Below, piece by piece: positions 61,183 to 64,000 of a stretch of DNA of 64,000 nt. Made by a program: the position numbers and the translations under genes. The stretch spans positions 117,678,001-117,742,000 of the forward strand of contig NC_086097.1 of NCBI RefSeq assembly GCF_963921235.1. Direction: 5' to 3'. Source of the stretch: Mobula hypostoma. Lineage: Eukaryota. The notes under the pieces are model-generated. The model saw nothing but the letters and a program-made list of their open reading frames with translations, was not told the DNA's origin and ran no database searches. Numbering within the stretch: the first letter of the stretch is position 1; every line of letters starts with the position of its first letter.

Positions 61183-64000
61183 GATCATGAGGAGAACTCT
61201 TTTGGTAAATAGAATAGTCGGCACTTGATCATTAGGTGTTCCTGGTGATCAAGTGCCGGCAAAACCAGTACATAGGAGCAGCACAGAGAGTTCAGCATGA
61301 AACACACACACCAACCTGTTGCTTTTTCCCAGACAGCAGTTTGGTCCATCCTTTGTATCAAGACACCTTTAGATCTGATCACGAAGCATTGCTGGAGTTG
61401 AACGGCAAACAGAAATGCAGGCGGCAGGCAAACCTTATCTTGACATGGAGCGTTGCTGAGCTGAACAGCAAATGGAAAGGCAAACAGCAGCCAATACTAT
61501 CTTGACACAGAGAGACAGAGTTACACGGGTAAACCTCGGCACGGAAGCAAAACTTAGAATACACAGTCCTAAGCGGCTGGGAATGTGAATTACCACACTG
61601 GCTAAAACAATGATCTGTCAACGAGTGGATGCAAAGCTGGGGTTTTTATGCTGCAGGTTTAGATGAGAATCAGGTGCCACAATCAAGGACCCTAGTAGAA
61701 CATGGGGAAAAGGGAATTAGGAGAATAAGAGGAGATAATGTCGGGACAGTGACAATACCCCCCCTCAACGGGAGCCTCCAGGCGAACCACCAGGCTTGCC
61801 TGGATTGTCGCGATGGAAATTCCGAATGAGGGAAGGGTCCAAGATGAAGTGCACGGCTTTGGAGAAACGGTCCACCACGGTGAGTACAGCAGTGTTACCA
61901 TGTGAAGGGGGTAGTCCAGTGATGAAATCCAGAGCAATGTGCGACCAAGGGCGACCAGGGACAGGTAAGGTTCGAAGCAGCCCAGCTGGTGGCCCATGGG
62001 AGGTTTTTCCGTGGGCACACACAGTACAGGCAGCGATGAAGGAGCGAGTGTCAGCATCCATGGTGGATCACCGGAAATGCCTCTTCAGCAGGGATAGAGG
62101 TCGATCGATTCTAGGATGGCAGGCGAACCGGAAAGTACGCCACTGGAGAACCTGAGAATGGACAGACTCAGGCACAACGAGTCGATTGGGGGATCCATCG
62201 CCTGGGTTAGGGTGAGTCCGTTGGGCCTCTTTGATTATGGATTCGATCTCCCAGCCACCAAACAGGATGGTGGAATGATAGTCTTGGGGTTGGGAAGGCC
62301 CTCCTTGGAGACGTATTGACATGAGAGAGCATTTGGCTTCCTGTTCTTGGTACCCAGATGATAGGTGAGGGTGAAATTGAAACGGCCAAAAAATAGTGCC
62401 CACCAAGCTTGGTGGGAGTTAAGGCGTTTAGCTGTCTGGATGAATGCCAGATTCTTATGGTCTGTCCAGACAATAAATGAGTGTTCTGCTCCCTCCTGCC
62501 AGTGCCTCCACTCCTCCAAGGCGAGTTTGATGGCGAGCAACTCCTGGTTCCCAATGTCATAGTTCCGTTCGGCGGGGGATAGACGGCAAGATAAGAAGGC
62601 GCAGGGATGGAGCTTTTGGTCTCGAATGGAGCCTTGAGAGAGGACCGCTCCCACCCCAGAGTCAGAGGCATCGACTTCCACAATGAATTGACGAGAGGGG
62701 TCAGGTTGGACCAGGATGGGAGCAGGGGTGAAACGCCTCTTCAGCTCCAAGAAGGCTGAGTCCGCTTCGGGTGTCCAGTGGAAGGGGGTCGCAGGAGAAG
62801 TGAGCTGAGTAAGGGGCGCTGCCACCCAGCTGTAGTCCCTGATAAAGCGATGGTAGAAGTTTGTGAACCCCCGAAATCGCTGGAGTTGTTTGAGCGTTGT
62901 GGGTTGTGGCCACTCCGCCACCACCCGGATCTTTTCGGGATCCGCCCTCACCTGCCCGCTCTCAATGATGTACCCCAGGAAACTGACGGAACAGGCATGG
63001 AACTCGCACTTCTCTGCCTTAACAAATAGCTTATTCTCCAAAAGCCTCGGAAGGACCTGACGGACATAGTAGGTGTGTTCCTGAAGATTAGGATGTCATC
63101 CAAATAAACAAAAACAAAATGGTTAATAAAGTTCCTAAGGATGTCTTTTACCAGGGCTTGGAAGAAGGCAGGGGCATTGGTGAGACCGAGTGGCATGACC
63201 AGATATTCGAAATGACCGAGGGGGGTGTTAGAAGCTGTTTTCCATTCATTGCCCTCTCTTATTCTGACCAGGTGATAGTCATTCCACAAGTCCAACTTAG
63301 AAAAAATTGTGTCTCCGTGAAGGGTTTCGAATGCAGAGTTGATAAGGGGCAGGGGATACTTATTCTCTATGGTGATGTTGTTCAGGCCACGGTAGTCGAT
63401 ACATGGGTGCAGTGAGCCATCTTTCTTTCCCACAAAGAAGAAACCTGTGCCTGCAGGGAAAGATGAGGGTTGGAAGATGAGGGTCGGATAATGCCAACCG
63501 CGAGGGAGTCATTCCCATACGTCTCCATAGCTTCACTTTCTGGTCGGGACAGGTTGTACGGCTGACTGGTGGGCCGTGAGGCTCTGGAGAGAGGGTCAAT
63601 AGCGCAATCGTAAGGGTGATGTGGAGGCAGAGAAAGGGCCCGCTGCTTGCTAAACACTTCTCCCAGATTGTGATAATCTACGGGAACCTTGGACAAGTCA
63701 GGAGGCTCAGAGGCGGACGAGGGTGCAGTGACCTCCACTGGGGAAAGGGCTGATTGCAGACAAGTAGAATGGCAGAACGAACTCCAGTTGACTATCATCC
63801 TGGTGGGCCAGTTGATGTGGGAGTTATGACGGCTTAACCAAGGGTGGCCAAGAAATACAGGGGCTTGAGGAGAGGAAATTAAATTGAATCGTATCTGTTC
63901 CCGATGGTTTCCGGAGAGAAGGAGAAGCAGAGGTACTGTGCAGTGTGTGACTCTGGCCAGGAGTCTACCGTCCACTGCCCGAGCTTCCGGGGGTACACAA
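61183..64000 (-). mobile_element. Chromovirus-like (Sushi/Tf2-type) Gypsy element: protease end, RT, RNase H, truncated integrase and 3' LTR; continues beyond the window
   Basis: [30 protein letters not shown]...[24 protein letters not shown]...[13 protein letters not shown]...WTDHKNL, CTVC...[28 protein letters not shown] at 61755-61766, LTR from TGTCAC at 61754 to ~61183. Frameshifted. Confidence 0.93.

Overview
Vertebrate, repeat-saturated intergenic or intronic DNA. The repeat families (HE1-like V-SINEs, CR1 LINEs with 8-bp tails, Rex1/Babar-like LINEs, Penelope-like elements, HERO-like RLE LINEs) suggest a cartilaginous fish, probably a ray; this is inference. I found no host protein-coding exon, RNA gene or CRISPR array that I can support. 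Nearly all recognisable ORFs are decayed transposon fragments. The dominant feature is a ~10.8 kb purine-rich GAGGC/GAGGCTG/GAGGCAGGAGACTT array (25140-35975). It is not free-standing: it sits inside a single 11.6 kb solo-LTR-like unit (24903-36499; TATCAT...ATGACA ends, GGAGC target-site duplication). That unit interrupts the pol region of an old CsRn1-like Gypsy element (21987-37695), which itself splits a V-SINE. Other notable items: a Penelope-like insertion with inverted arms, hammerhead-ribozyme motifs and a 12-bp TSD (49827-51388); a full-length IR/DR Tc1 (DD34E) copy; several solo LTRs; several internally deleted retroelements; a 28-bp locally templated insertion; and a chromovirus-like Gypsy at the right edge. 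The very long Pro/Ser/Leu/Ala ORFs over the array are composition artefacts. Boundaries of decayed fragments are approximate and family names come from motif recognition, not database searches.
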